Positions 1 through 8,609 of a stretch of 64,000 bases of DNA are shown in pieces (position 1 is the first letter of the stretch; every line of letters begins with the position of its first letter). The stretch comes from Spirochaetia bacterium. Its GTDB lineage: Bacteria > Spirochaetota > Spirochaetia > CADAEX01. Below the pieces are notes generated by a model. That model had not been told where the DNA came from. It did no database searches and was given only the letters and a program-made list of their open reading frames with translations. The stretch spans positions 1 through 64,000 of the forward strand of contig CAXXHA010000004.1 in the NCBI GenBank assembly GCA_963662265.2. Direction: 5' to 3'. The position numbers and the translations under genes are program-made.

Positions 1-27
1 TGTAACAAGATTTTTTTGGAAGGTTTA

Positions 28-54
28 ATAAATGCTTGTATAGTAAGCATTTAT
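28..54. promoter_or_regulatory. Perfect 10-bp inverted repeat upstream of the sigma54 promoter (operator/UAS or terminator of the upstream gene)
   Basis: ATAAATGCTT-N7-AAGCATTTAT. Confidence 0.45.
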
Positions 55-79
55 ATAATGAAAATATTTTGCTGATAAT

Positions 80-95
80 TGGCACAACTCTTGCA
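80..95 (+). promoter_or_regulatory. Sigma54 (RpoN) -24/-12 promoter
   Basis: TGGCAC-AACTC-TTGCA matches the TGGCAC-N5-TTGC consensus exactly and ends 23 nt before the ATG at 119. Confidence 0.85.
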
Positions 96-118
96 TATAT
101 CAGTTGAGAGGTAAAAAG

Positions 119-988
119 ATGACAGCAGAAAAAACAAAGACATACAACAGATATTCAAATGACGAGAATATATTATCAATTTATCTTAAAGAGATAAATT
201 CGATACCACTCCTTTCACGGGAAGATGAGGATAAGTATGCTAGGCAGGCTGCAGCTGGTGATAAAAAGGCAAGGGAAATCCTGATTAAATCAAACCTCAG
301 ATTCGTAGTGAATGTAGCAAAAAAATATCAGAATAAAGGCATTCCGCTTTCCGACCTGATAAATGAAGGAAATATCGGACTTATGAATGCTATTGAAAAA
401 TATGATGTAGACAGAGGATACCATTTTATATCTTATGCAGTATGGTGGATAAAGCAGTCTATACTCAAGTCTATAGGCGAAAAATCCAGAATGATAAGAC
501 TTCCTCTTAACAGGGCAGGAGAACTGGTCCAGATTGAACGGGCAAAAAAAGAGCTTCTTGCAGAAAAGGGAATTGATCCTGAACTGCAGGAAATTGCAGA
601 TGCTGTTGGACTTGATGAGGAGCATGTAAGAGATCTTATTGAAATATCAAGAGAACTTGTTTCAATAGATAATCCTGTAAAGGCGGGTGAAAAAGAATCA
701 GCCCTCCTGAGCGATTATATTGTTGATACAAAGACACCGAAACCTGAAGATATTGTGATAGATAATTCTCTGAAGGTGGAAATAAATAAACTTCTTGAAA
801 CTCTTTCAGAGAAAGAAGCAGATATAATAGAACAGCGTTTCGGTCTTAACGGTCTTATCCCGATGTCACTCAAGGAAATTGGTGACAGGTATAACCTGAC
901 CAAGGAAAGAATCAGGCAGATTGAAAAGAAAGCCATAGACAGGCTAAAGCATGTTTCCAGAAGCCAGTATCTTGAAGCTTTTGTATAA
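119..988 (+). CDS. Sigma-70 family alternative sigma factor, RpoD/RpoS-like, lacking region 1.1
   Basis: Region 1.2 YLKEI, region 2 NLRFVVNVAKKY..DLINEGNIGLM..YAVWWIKQ, region 4 SLKEIG..ERIRQIE; ATG 119 follows RBS GAGAGG. Confidence 0.92.
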   Translation: MTAEKTKTYNRYSNDENILSIYLKEINSIPLLSREDEDKYARQAAAGDKKAREILIKSNLRFVVNVAKKYQNKGIPLSDLINEGNIGLMNAIEKYDVDRGYHFISYAVWWIKQSILKSIGEKSRMIRLPLNRAGELVQIERAKKELLAEKGIDPELQEIADAVGLDEEHVRDLIEISRELVSIDNPVKAGEKESALLSDYIVDTKTPKPEDIVIDNSLKVEINKLLETLSEKEADIIEQRFGLNGLIPMSLKEIGDRYNLTKERIRQIEKKAIDRLKHVSRSQYLEAFV

Positions 989-1035
989 AAAGAACAGGAT
1001 ATGGTCATTTATGAAATAATTAAAAAAATATATTG

Positions 1036-1072
1036 ATAACCGTAGGTAATAAACTATATTGCCTACGGTTAT
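1036..1072 (+). terminator. 16-bp hairpin downstream of the sigma gene (likely terminator, weak U tract)
   Basis: ATAACCGTAGGTAATA-AACTA-TATTGCCTACGGTTAT with one U-G pair. Confidence 0.55.
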
Positions 1073-1073
1073 A

Positions 1074-1102
1074 TTGACATACCTTTCTTTATAATTTAAT
1101 CT
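1074..1102 (+). promoter_or_regulatory. Sigma70 promoter of ppdK
   Basis: TTGACA-17 nt-TAATCT. Confidence 0.6.
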
Positions 1103-1200
1103 AATGGCGAAAAACTTATTTTTTCCTTTATTACCAAAAAAATTAAGTTAATTTTTTATTCAATAATTTAATTAGAATTTATCTGGAGGTCAGAAAAGTA

Positions 1201-3858
1201 ATGTCAGAAAAATTTGTTTATTTCTTTGGCGGAGGATCTGCTGACGGTAAAGCAGAAATGAAAGAACTTCTTGGGGGTAAGGGTGCAAACCTTGCTGAGA
1301 TGACAAATCTCGGGATTCCGGTTCCTCCCGGATTTACAATCTCAACAGGTGTGTGTAAATCATATTATGATAATAACAGAACTTACACAGATGCTGTAAA
1401 AGAGCAGGTTGCAGAAAATGTAGCTAAACTTGAAAAAGTACTTGGTCAGAAATTTGGAGATCCTTCAAATCCTTTATTAGTATCTGTAAGATCAGGTGCT
1501 GCAGTATCAATGCCTGGTATGATGGATACAGTTCTCAACCTCGGACTTACTGATGAAGTAGCAGAAGCTGTTGCAAAAGCAACTGGAAATCCAAGATTTG
1601 CATGGGATGCATACAGAAGATTTATACAGATGTTCGGTGATGTGGCCATGGGTGTTCCACATCATGATTTTGAAGAAATCCTTGCTGGCGTTAAAAAAGA
1701 AAAAGGTGTTACAGAAGACCTTGATCTTGATGCAGACGACCTTAAAGAGGTTGTTACAAGATATAAAAAAGCATACAAGGACTACCTGAAAGAAGATTTT
1801 CCACAGGATCCAATGACACAGCTCTGGGCAGCTATTGATGCAGTTTTCGGTTCATGGAACAATGAAAGAGCTATCAAGTACAGAGCTATCAATGGTATTG
1901 TTGGTCTTCTCGGAACAGCTGTAAATGTTCAGTCAATGGTTTTCGGTAACTACGGCGAAACTTCAGGTACAGGTGTTTGTTTCTCAAGAGACCCTTCAAC
2001 TGGTGAAAACTACTTCTACGGTGAGTATCTGATGAATGCACAGGGAGAAGATGTTGTTGCAGGTATCAGAACTCCTGAAACACTTGCTTCACTTGAAAAA
2101 GCTGATCCTAAAATGTATGGAGAGCTTGTAGGTTATAAAGATAAACTAGAAGATCACTACAAAGATATGCAGGATATTGAGTTCACAATTCAGGATGGAA
2201 CTCTTTACATACTCCAGACAAGAAATGCAAAGAGAACAGGTCCTGCTGCTGTAAGATGTGCTGTTGAAATGGTTGAATCAGGTGATATTACTAAAGAAAC
2301 AGCTGTTACAAGAGTAACTCCTGATCAGCTTGATCAGCTTCTCCACCCAATGATTGATAAGAAAAGCAAAGGTTCACTTGAACTTCTTGCAAAAGGTCTT
2401 AACGCTTCTCCTGGTGCTGCTTGCGGACAGGTTGTTTTCACAGCAGATGAGGCAGAAAAATGGGTAGAAGAGGGCAAGAAAGTTCTCCTCGTAAGAAGAG
2501 ACACATCACCTGAAGATATCGGCGGTATGGTAGTTGCTGAAGGTATTCTTACTTCAACTGGCGGTATGACAAGTCATGCAGCTGTAGTTGCAAGAGGTAT
2601 GGGTACTCCTTGCGTTGCAGGTTGTAAAGAACTTGATATTACAAACAAGACAATTAAAGTTGCAGGCAAGGTAATCAAAGAAGGTGAATGGCTCACAATT
2701 GACGGAACAACTGGTGAAGTATTCAACGGTGAAGTTCCTCTCGTTGAAGTTACTTTCGATGAAAGACTCACAAAATTCCTCGGTTGGGCAGATGAAATCA
2801 GACTTAGTGCTGAAAGAGATGGTCTTCCAAAAGGTTTCCTCGTAAGAACAAACGCTGATCAGCCTAAAGATGCAAAAGTTGCAAGAGATTTCGGTGCTGA
2901 AGGTATCGGTCTCTGTAGAACTGAGCACATGTTCTTTGAAGAAGGAAAACTCCAGCCATTCCAGGAAATGATTGTTGCAAAAGATGTTGAAAACAGAAAG
3001 AAAGCTCTTGCTAAGATTCTTCCTCTTCAGATTGCTGACTTTGCAGGTATTTTCGAAGCAATGGACGGTCTTCCTGTAACTGTAAGACTTCTTGACCCGC
3101 CACTTCATGAGTTTGTTCCTCATACAGATGAAGATATCAAGGCTCTTGCGTCAACAATTGGTATCCCGGCTGAAGAACTCAAGTCAAAAGTTGATTCACT
3201 CCATGAACTCAACCCAATGCTTGGTCACAGAGGCTGTAGACTTGGTATTGCTTTCCCTGAAATCTATGATATGCAGGTTGAAGCAATCATGACAGCTGCT
3301 TGTGAGCAGACAAAGAAAGGAATTAAAGTATTACCTGAAATCATGATTCCTCTCGTAGGAACTTATGTTGAGCTCAAAATGCTCAGAGAAAATGCAGAAA
3401 AAGTTATCGCTTCTGTATTTGAAAAACAGGGTTCAAAAGTTGACTACAAGATTGGTACAATGATTGAGATTCCAAGAGCAGCAATAACAGCTGACGAAGT
3501 TGCTAAATACGCAGACTTCTTCTCATTCGGTACAAACGACCTTACACAGATGACTTTCGGTTACTCAAGAGATGATATCGGAGGATTCCTCCCGGCATAT
3601 CTCGGACAGGGTGTTCTTGAAAGAGATCCGTTCCAGGCTATCGACCAGACTGGTGTTGGCGTACTTGTAGATATGGCTGCAAAGAAATCAAGAGCTCTCA
3701 AACCTGAGATTAAACTTGGTATCTGCGGTGAGCATGGCGGTGAAGGTTCTTCAATCGACTTCTGCTACAGAACAGGACTCAATTATGTTTCATGTTCTCC
3801 ATACAGAGTTCCGCTTGCAAGACTCTCAGCAGCTCAGGCTGTACTCAATAACAAATAA
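1201..3858 (+). CDS. ppdK: Pyruvate, phosphate dikinase
   Basis: LLGGKGANLAEM, SVRSGA, GGMTSHAAVVARG (phospho-His), GIGLCRTEHMF, GICGEHGG; RBS GGAGG. Confidence 0.98.
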   Translation: MSEKFVYFFGGGSADGKAEMKELLGGKGANLAEMTNLGIPVPPGFTISTGVCKSYYDNNRTYTDAVKEQVAENVAKLEKVLGQKFGDPSNPLLVSVRSGAAVSMPGMMDTVLNLGLTDEVAEAVAKATGNPRFAWDAYRRFIQMFGDVAMGVPHHDFEEILAGVKKEKGVTEDLDLDADDLKEVVTRYKKAYKDYLKEDFPQDPMTQLWAAIDAVFGSWNNERAIKYRAINGIVGLLGTAVNVQSMVFGNYGETSGTGVCFSRDPSTGENYFYGEYLMNAQGEDVVAGIRTPETLASLEKADPKMYGELVGYKDKLEDHYKDMQDIEFTIQDGTLYILQTRNAKRTGPAAVRCAVEMVESGDITKETAVTRVTPDQLDQLLHPMIDKKSKGSLELLAKGLNASPGAACGQVVFTADEAEKWVEEGKKVLLVRRDTSPEDIGGMVVAEGILTSTGGMTSHAAVVARGMGTPCVAGCKELDITNKTIKVAGKVIKEGEWLTIDGTTGEVFNGEVPLVEVTFDERLTKFLGWADEIRLSAERDGLPKGFLVRTNADQPKDAKVARDFGAEGIGLCRTEHMFFEEGKLQPFQEMIVAKDVENRKKALAKILPLQIADFAGIFEAMDGLPVTVRLLDPPLHEFVPHTDEDIKALASTIGIPAEELKSKVDSLHELNPMLGHRGCRLGIAFPEIYDMQVEAIMTAACEQTKKGIKVLPEIMIPLVGTYVELKMLRENAEKVIASVFEKQGSKVDYKIGTMIEIPRAAITADEVAKYADFFSFGTNDLTQMTFGYSRDDIGGFLPAYLGQGVLERDPFQAIDQTGVGVLVDMAAKKSRALKPEIKLGICGEHGGEGSSIDFCYRTGLNYVSCSPYRVPLARLSAAQAVLNNK

Positions 3859-3876
3859 TCTGAAAAGATTCAAAAT

Positions 3877-3909
3877 AGGGCAGGGGATTTACATCTCCTG
3901 CCTTTTTTT
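3877..3909 (+). terminator. Intrinsic terminator of ppdK
   Basis: GGCAGGGGAT-TTAC-ATCTCCTGCC followed by T7. Confidence 0.88.
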
Positions 3910-4409
3910 ATCCGGTTTATATCAACCCTGAAGAAATATTTTATGAAGTAAAAAACCAAATGTCTGAAAAAAGATTTATTTGGGATAATAACAATATGAC
4001 AGCAATTAATTTATAAAAGAAAATCCAGGAAAGGTTATGTAATTTTTGTTAGCATTATTAGAATATTGACGTCTTTTATATAATATTCTGGGAAGGGTAA
4101 TTTTTTTGTTTTTGATATAAACATTGAGTATATAAGTAAAATGGTGTTATTGGAAGGTAGGTAATCAATAGTACTTTTCAATCAGTTTGAAAATAAATAT
4201 ATAATTATGACAATTATAAATATCATTAAAAATAAAAAATAAGCATATATAAGTAGACAGAATATAGATTATCGGAACTAAAGGTAGTAATTCAAATGAG
4301 CACCAAGCGAATCAAAATAAAAAGCATTAAATATGATGATGTTACCCCGCAAAAGAAAATTAAACAAAAAAAGTTTGCAAGTAAACTAATCAAGATGCAA
4401 TTTTAATAA

Positions 4410-4691
4410 TTATTTTTTTTCACTGACCTTGTGATATATATAGATAACAATCATTGAAACACAAAGCGGAGGAAAAATATTCACAACCCCGTTTACTTTT
4501 GTAAGAGCTTCTATAATCCACTTGAAGTAATATTCAATAATTGCTCCGAGAAAAGAACCGATTATTGATACAATTAAAACTCCCCAGAAGTTACCTATGA
4601 ATGCCTTGTTGAATACGTAAAAGAAAACAAGTGCTGTACCGAATCCGATAAGAAGGTAAATAAGCGCAATATTAAAGTAATAAGAAAACAT
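4410..4691 (-). CDS. Small 3-TM membrane protein (GlsB/YeaQ/YmgE-like)
   Basis: Three hydrophobic segments, G-rich IIGSFLG motif; RBS GAGG. Confidence 0.7.
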   Translation of the reverse strand: MFSYYFNIALIYLLIGFGTALVFFYVFNKAFIGNFWGVLIVSIIGSFLGAIIEYYFKWIIEALTKVNGVVNIFPPLCVSMIVIYIYHKVSEKK

Positions 4692-4717
4692 AATTTATAG
4701 CCTCAAATTAAATAAAA

Positions 4718-5371
4718 TTATAAAGGATAATCTACTGATCCAAGCCATACAGGCTTGCTGTATATATTATAAACATTATCATCTTTTCCGTAGGCAAAAA
4801 CATATAGTGATAAAGTTATTGTACCTGCTGCATCAGACGGTATATCTGAATCACCGACATCGTGATCTGTTGTTGTAAAATCTTCATAGTAATATTTTCC
4901 CGATTCAAGTTTTGTTACAGCTCTTCTGATTACTATATTATTTCCGAGATAATCAACTGCAGGGATTATATCTGATCCAGGGAGATTTATTGTTAATGTG
5001 AAAGATGAGCTTCTGTCTGAATAATCAACAGGTATCATGGGATAAGAAGTTTTATCTTCTGTTGTTTCGGCGGTACTCACCCTTTTATATCCGTTTGATG
5101 TAAGATCTTCCGGTTCAGGTTCTGCTGTTGAGAAAATCTTTTTATCAATTTCTGCAATTTCTGAAGAGTTATTGAAATACCTGTAATATAACTCATATCC
5201 CCTGAATACTTCAGGATCATTGTCTGTTCTGTTATATATTTCAGCTGTTCCTGAACCTACAACAGTTTTAACACTTGGAGCATTCAGATAAGGTGATTCA
5301 TAAAGACCGCAAGAATTTAAAGCAATGAGTATAAAAAATAATATTAAAAGTAAGAAATTACGGGTTTTCAT
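4718..5371 (-). CDS. Putative lipoprotein
   Basis: Start re-assigned to ATG 5371 (RBS GGAGGG): MKTRNFLLLILFFILIALNS-C lipobox; overlaps the cyclase stop. Confidence 0.75.
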   Translation of the reverse strand: MKTRNFLLLILFFILIALNSCGLYESPYLNAPSVKTVVGSGTAEIYNRTDNDPEVFRGYELYYRYFNNSSEIAEIDKKIFSTAEPEPEDLTSNGYKRVSTAETTEDKTSYPMIPVDYSDRSSSFTLTINLPGSDIIPAVDYLGNNIVIRRAVTKLESGKYYYEDFTTTDHDVGDSDIPSDAAGTITLSLYVFAYGKDDNVYNIYSKPVWLGSVDYPL

Positions 5372-7748
5372 ACCCTCCCTTGACATCAAGAAGCTCATAA
5401 ATAAGTACAGGTTTATTTTTACCCTTAACCCTGATGTTGTCAAGTTCCCGGACAATAACATGATCTTTAACAAGCGCATGAGTAAATTCGCTGATAATTA
5501 TATTAGTTTTATACTGTTTATTTGTTCCTTCGAGTCTTGCCCCGAGGTTTACATTATCACCCATTAGTGTGTAGTTCATACGTCCCATGGAGCCCATGTT
5601 TCCTACTGTCATTACACCTGAATTAAGGCCTATACCAATGTTGATCCGTTTTTCCTCAGGCCATCCTTCATTGAGTTTGTGGAGTGCATCCATCTGCTTT
5701 AATGCGCATTTACATGCAAAAAGTGAGTGTTCCTCCTGAGGTATCGGAGCTCCCCAGAAGCACATGATTTCATCACCGACATATTTATCAAGTGTCCCGT
5801 TAAACTCGAGAATAATATCAGTCATTGCTGTAAGATAAATATTAAGATGATTTACCAGTTCCTGCGGAGTCATTGTTTCTGAAAGTGTTGTAAAACCTCT
5901 GATATCTGAAAAGAGAACTGTGAGGTTTTTGTCTACTCCACCGAGTTCAGGAGGATTGTCAAGAATCTGGTCTACAACTGCAGGGCTTACATATTTACCG
6001 AACATGTTTTTGATTCTTTTCTTGTCTTTTTCCTCTGTCATTACACGGTAAATAACAATTGAAATAAATGTAAGTGAACCACCAAGTGCAGGTGAAGGGA
6101 AATCAAGAATAATGTTCAGATTGTCGAAGATAATGCTTGATGTAATGAAAAATGCCGCAATTGAAAGAATTGAAAAAAGTGCGGCCCATAGAGTTGAAAG
6201 TCTTGATGTCACAAAAGCTGTAAGGAAAATAAGAACAAACATTATAAAAACATTTATCCACTGGTCGACTTCTGTAATAAATTTATTCATTATTATTGTA
6301 TTTAATGAATTGGCATGAATTTCAACGCCGTACATAAGTCCGTAAGGTGTTGTTTTTTCATCCGCGGCAATACCCCTGGCAAAAGGTCCTGTCATGAGTA
6401 TTTTATTGGCAACAGCCTTTGTCTTGGGCCATTTTGAAGGATCTGGTCCAGGTGCTCTTGATGCGTAACCCGAATATGATCTTATAGGAAATGTCTGATG
6501 GCCGCCTGGATCTGCTGTTGAAGGATTACCCATGAAATTTATAAGCATCTGGCCGTGTTCATCTATCGGGATGACAATTTCATCAAGAATTTTTTTCACA
6601 CCGGGTTTCTTTACTGTTCCGTCACTGTTGTACTTGGGAGCCTTGACTGTAAGCTGATACGGTTCCCATGACTGCTTTTCAACATTATATATTTCGGGTG
6701 ACGGAATTTTTATGTACTCGCCTACTTTGACATCAATATCTTCCGGCGATTTATTGAAATACTGAAGAGCAAGTGAAAGAGTTATTGACGGCACAAAAGT
6801 GTCTTTGTATTTTTTTACTATAAAATAATAACTGTCCTGCCCCTCTTCTGTTTTTGACTTTATAGGCGGGGAATTTGTTTTTATGGTATTTTTAAGTTCA
6901 GTTATCTGCTCTTCTGTAAGCGGATAACTTATAGGATGGTCTATTCCGTTAATATCAGTCCACCCCAGTCTTTCGAAATTATTAGCATCAATTGTGTAAT
7001 TAATATTCAGATCTTCAAGATTTATAATATCAATAAGTATTGAGGACTTTGAAATAAGACCCTGTCTTCTGTATACTTTATCAAAATCTTCACGGAAATT
7101 TGCATGCCCGTAACCCCTGCATGCCTTTCCAAGCGGCTGAAGCGGCGGCTGAAGTCCTGTATATGAACTTATAGTATGCCAGTCGCCTTCAATTTTAGTA
7201 ATTCTTCCGTAATTGTCATAAAGGATTTCCTGTCTTGTAACATAATCATCCCATATGGCATCGGAAGGCGGAGCTTCATCAAGAACTGTTTCAAGAAACA
7301 CATTGCCGTTTTCCCTGATTGCCTCGACAAGCAGGGCATCATCATAGGCTTTTCTTTCATCAGGTTCGATAAAGAAAACGTCTATAAACAGCGCTCTCTC
7401 CCTTTCATCCTGATTTTTTATGCGGGAAAAAGATTTTATGAGATCTGCGTGTCTGTATCTGGGAAACGGCCATTTTCCGAATTTATTAAGACTCCTGAAA
7501 TCAATACCAATAATCATGATATCAGGAGAAATATTCGGGTTCTGTATAGTCTGGGTAACCCCTTCCTGAATATATGTTTTCTGTGAGACATTTTTAAGGT
7601 AAAAGTTGACATCAAGCATTTTAAGTTTCAGCTTGTTTGTTACATCGGTGAAATTATCAAAACCCATCATCAGAAAAAAGATAAATAGTGCTATGATAAA
7701 ACCGAATATTCTGGTTTCAAATACTTTTATTGATCCCTTTTTACCCAC
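5358..7748 (-). CDS. CHASE2-domain class III adenylate cyclase
   Basis: N-terminal TM, CHASE2 motifs (GKWPFPR, GVEIHAN), 3 TMs, catalytic FSDIRGFT, DKYVGD, YTLMGDNVNLGARLE (K and T specify ATP). Confidence 0.93.
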   Translation of the reverse strand: MGKKGSIKVFETRIFGFIIALFIFFLMMGFDNFTDVTNKLKLKMLDVNFYLKNVSQKTYIQEGVTQTIQNPNISPDIMIIGIDFRSLNKFGKWPFPRYRHADLIKSFSRIKNQDERERALFIDVFFIEPDERKAYDDALLVEAIRENGNVFLETVLDEAPPSDAIWDDYVTRQEILYDNYGRITKIEGDWHTISSYTGLQPPLQPLGKACRGYGHANFREDFDKVYRRQGLISKSSILIDIINLEDLNINYTIDANNFERLGWTDINGIDHPISYPLTEEQITELKNTIKTNSPPIKSKTEEGQDSYYFIVKKYKDTFVPSITLSLALQYFNKSPEDIDVKVGEYIKIPSPEIYNVEKQSWEPYQLTVKAPKYNSDGTVKKPGVKKILDEIVIPIDEHGQMLINFMGNPSTADPGGHQTFPIRSYSGYASRAPGPDPSKWPKTKAVANKILMTGPFARGIAADEKTTPYGLMYGVEIHANSLNTIIMNKFITEVDQWINVFIMFVLIFLTAFVTSRLSTLWAALFSILSIAAFFITSSIIFDNLNIILDFPSPALGGSLTFISIVIYRVMTEEKDKKRIKNMFGKYVSPAVVDQILDNPPELGGVDKNLTVLFSDIRGFTTLSETMTPQELVNHLNIYLTAMTDIILEFNGTLDKYVGDEIMCFWGAPIPQEEHSLFACKCALKQMDALHKLNEGWPEEKRINIGIGLNSGVMTVGNMGSMGRMNYTLMGDNVNLGARLEGTNKQYKTNIIISEFTHALVKDHVIVRELDNIRVKGKNKPVLIYELLDVKGGYENP

Positions 7749-7764
7749 TTTACATCTCCCTGTT

Positions 7765-8460
7765 TTATTTTATTAAATCAGCAGCTTTCAGGTAAATTAT
7801 ACGGTCTCTGGCAAAATTTGTCCAACCACTATTTGGATAATTATCTACAATGTTATTGTAGCTGTCAGAAGCTTTTTCATAATTTTCAGATGCTTCTGAA
7901 AGTCTTCCGATTGAAAAAAGAATTCCCGGGATATCAGGATAAGATTCTGAGTATTTTTCCTTAACTTCTTCATAGATTGCAAGAGCATCTGTTGTTTTTC
8001 CCAGTTCCTCATTACAGACAGCACTGTTGTAGAGAGATATAGGCGACAGATATGTGTCAGGATATTTTTCAGAATAACTTTTAAAAGCAGCTGACGCTTT
8101 ATCATAATCCTTTCTTGCGAAGTAAATATCACCTTTCATAAACATTGCTCTCTGCCCTGCATAAAAAGAAGGATATTTTTCAATAAGTGAATCAAGTGAT
8201 GATATAATTGAGTTGATTTTATCTTCCGGGATATCTTTACCGCTTTCTGAAACCAGATCAGCATATTCTTTCTGAATTGCTTCAACAGCAAGAGCAGATT
8301 CCTCATTTTTACCTGATTTATAAGTACCGGAAACTGCTATACTGATAATTGCAATAACCAGCAGAAATGATACAGCAATAAGAATTTTACTGTTGTTTGA
8401 AAGAAAATTATTCAGTTTATTTAAAAATTTCTGTTTTCCTGTAACTTCTTCCTGATGCAT
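7765..8460 (-). CDS. Single-pass membrane TPR protein (YfgM/BamD-like repeats)
   Basis: N-terminal TM, then repeated KYP..Y/A TPR helices; RBS AGGAG. Confidence 0.8.
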   Translation of the reverse strand: MHQEEVTGKQKFLNKLNNFLSNNSKILIAVSFLLVIAIISIAVSGTYKSGKNEESALAVEAIQKEYADLVSESGKDIPEDKINSIISSLDSLIEKYPSFYAGQRAMFMKGDIYFARKDYDKASAAFKSYSEKYPDTYLSPISLYNSAVCNEELGKTTDALAIYEEVKEKYSESYPDIPGILFSIGRLSEASENYEKASDSYNNIVDNYPNSGWTNFARDRIIYLKAADLIK

Positions 8461-8473
8461 TTAATTACTCCTT

Positions 8474-8609
8474 TAATCGCTTTTAAATTGCTATCGAGCA
8501 CTTTCTCTTCAAGAAAGTCTCTTTGCTGTATCAAAAACTATATTTTGATACATATCGAGAACATTCGTAAACGAAAGTCTCTTTGCTAAATGATAAAAAC
8601 TTATCATTT
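8474..8609 (-). repeat. Two tandem copies (61-nt period) of the two-hairpin element
   Basis: Hairpin-1 at 8496-8521 and 8557-8581, hairpin-2 at 8527-8552 and 8588-8609; same motif at 47004 and 49650/49683. Confidence 0.85.

Noticed and set aside
3910-4295. AT-rich gap as a replication origin or RNA gene
   Set aside because: No TTATCCACA DnaA boxes and no tRNA-like or other strong structure seen.
8527-8552. Hairpin-2 copies read as ordinary intrinsic terminators
   Set aside because: The stems are AU-rich and are followed by GC(A/G)-containing linkers rather than a U tract in mRNA sense.
8496-8609. Hairpin repeats with a 35-nt gap read as a mini CRISPR array
   Set aside because: At most two units per locus, repeats vary internally, the gaps are themselves conserved hairpins, and no cas genes are in the window.
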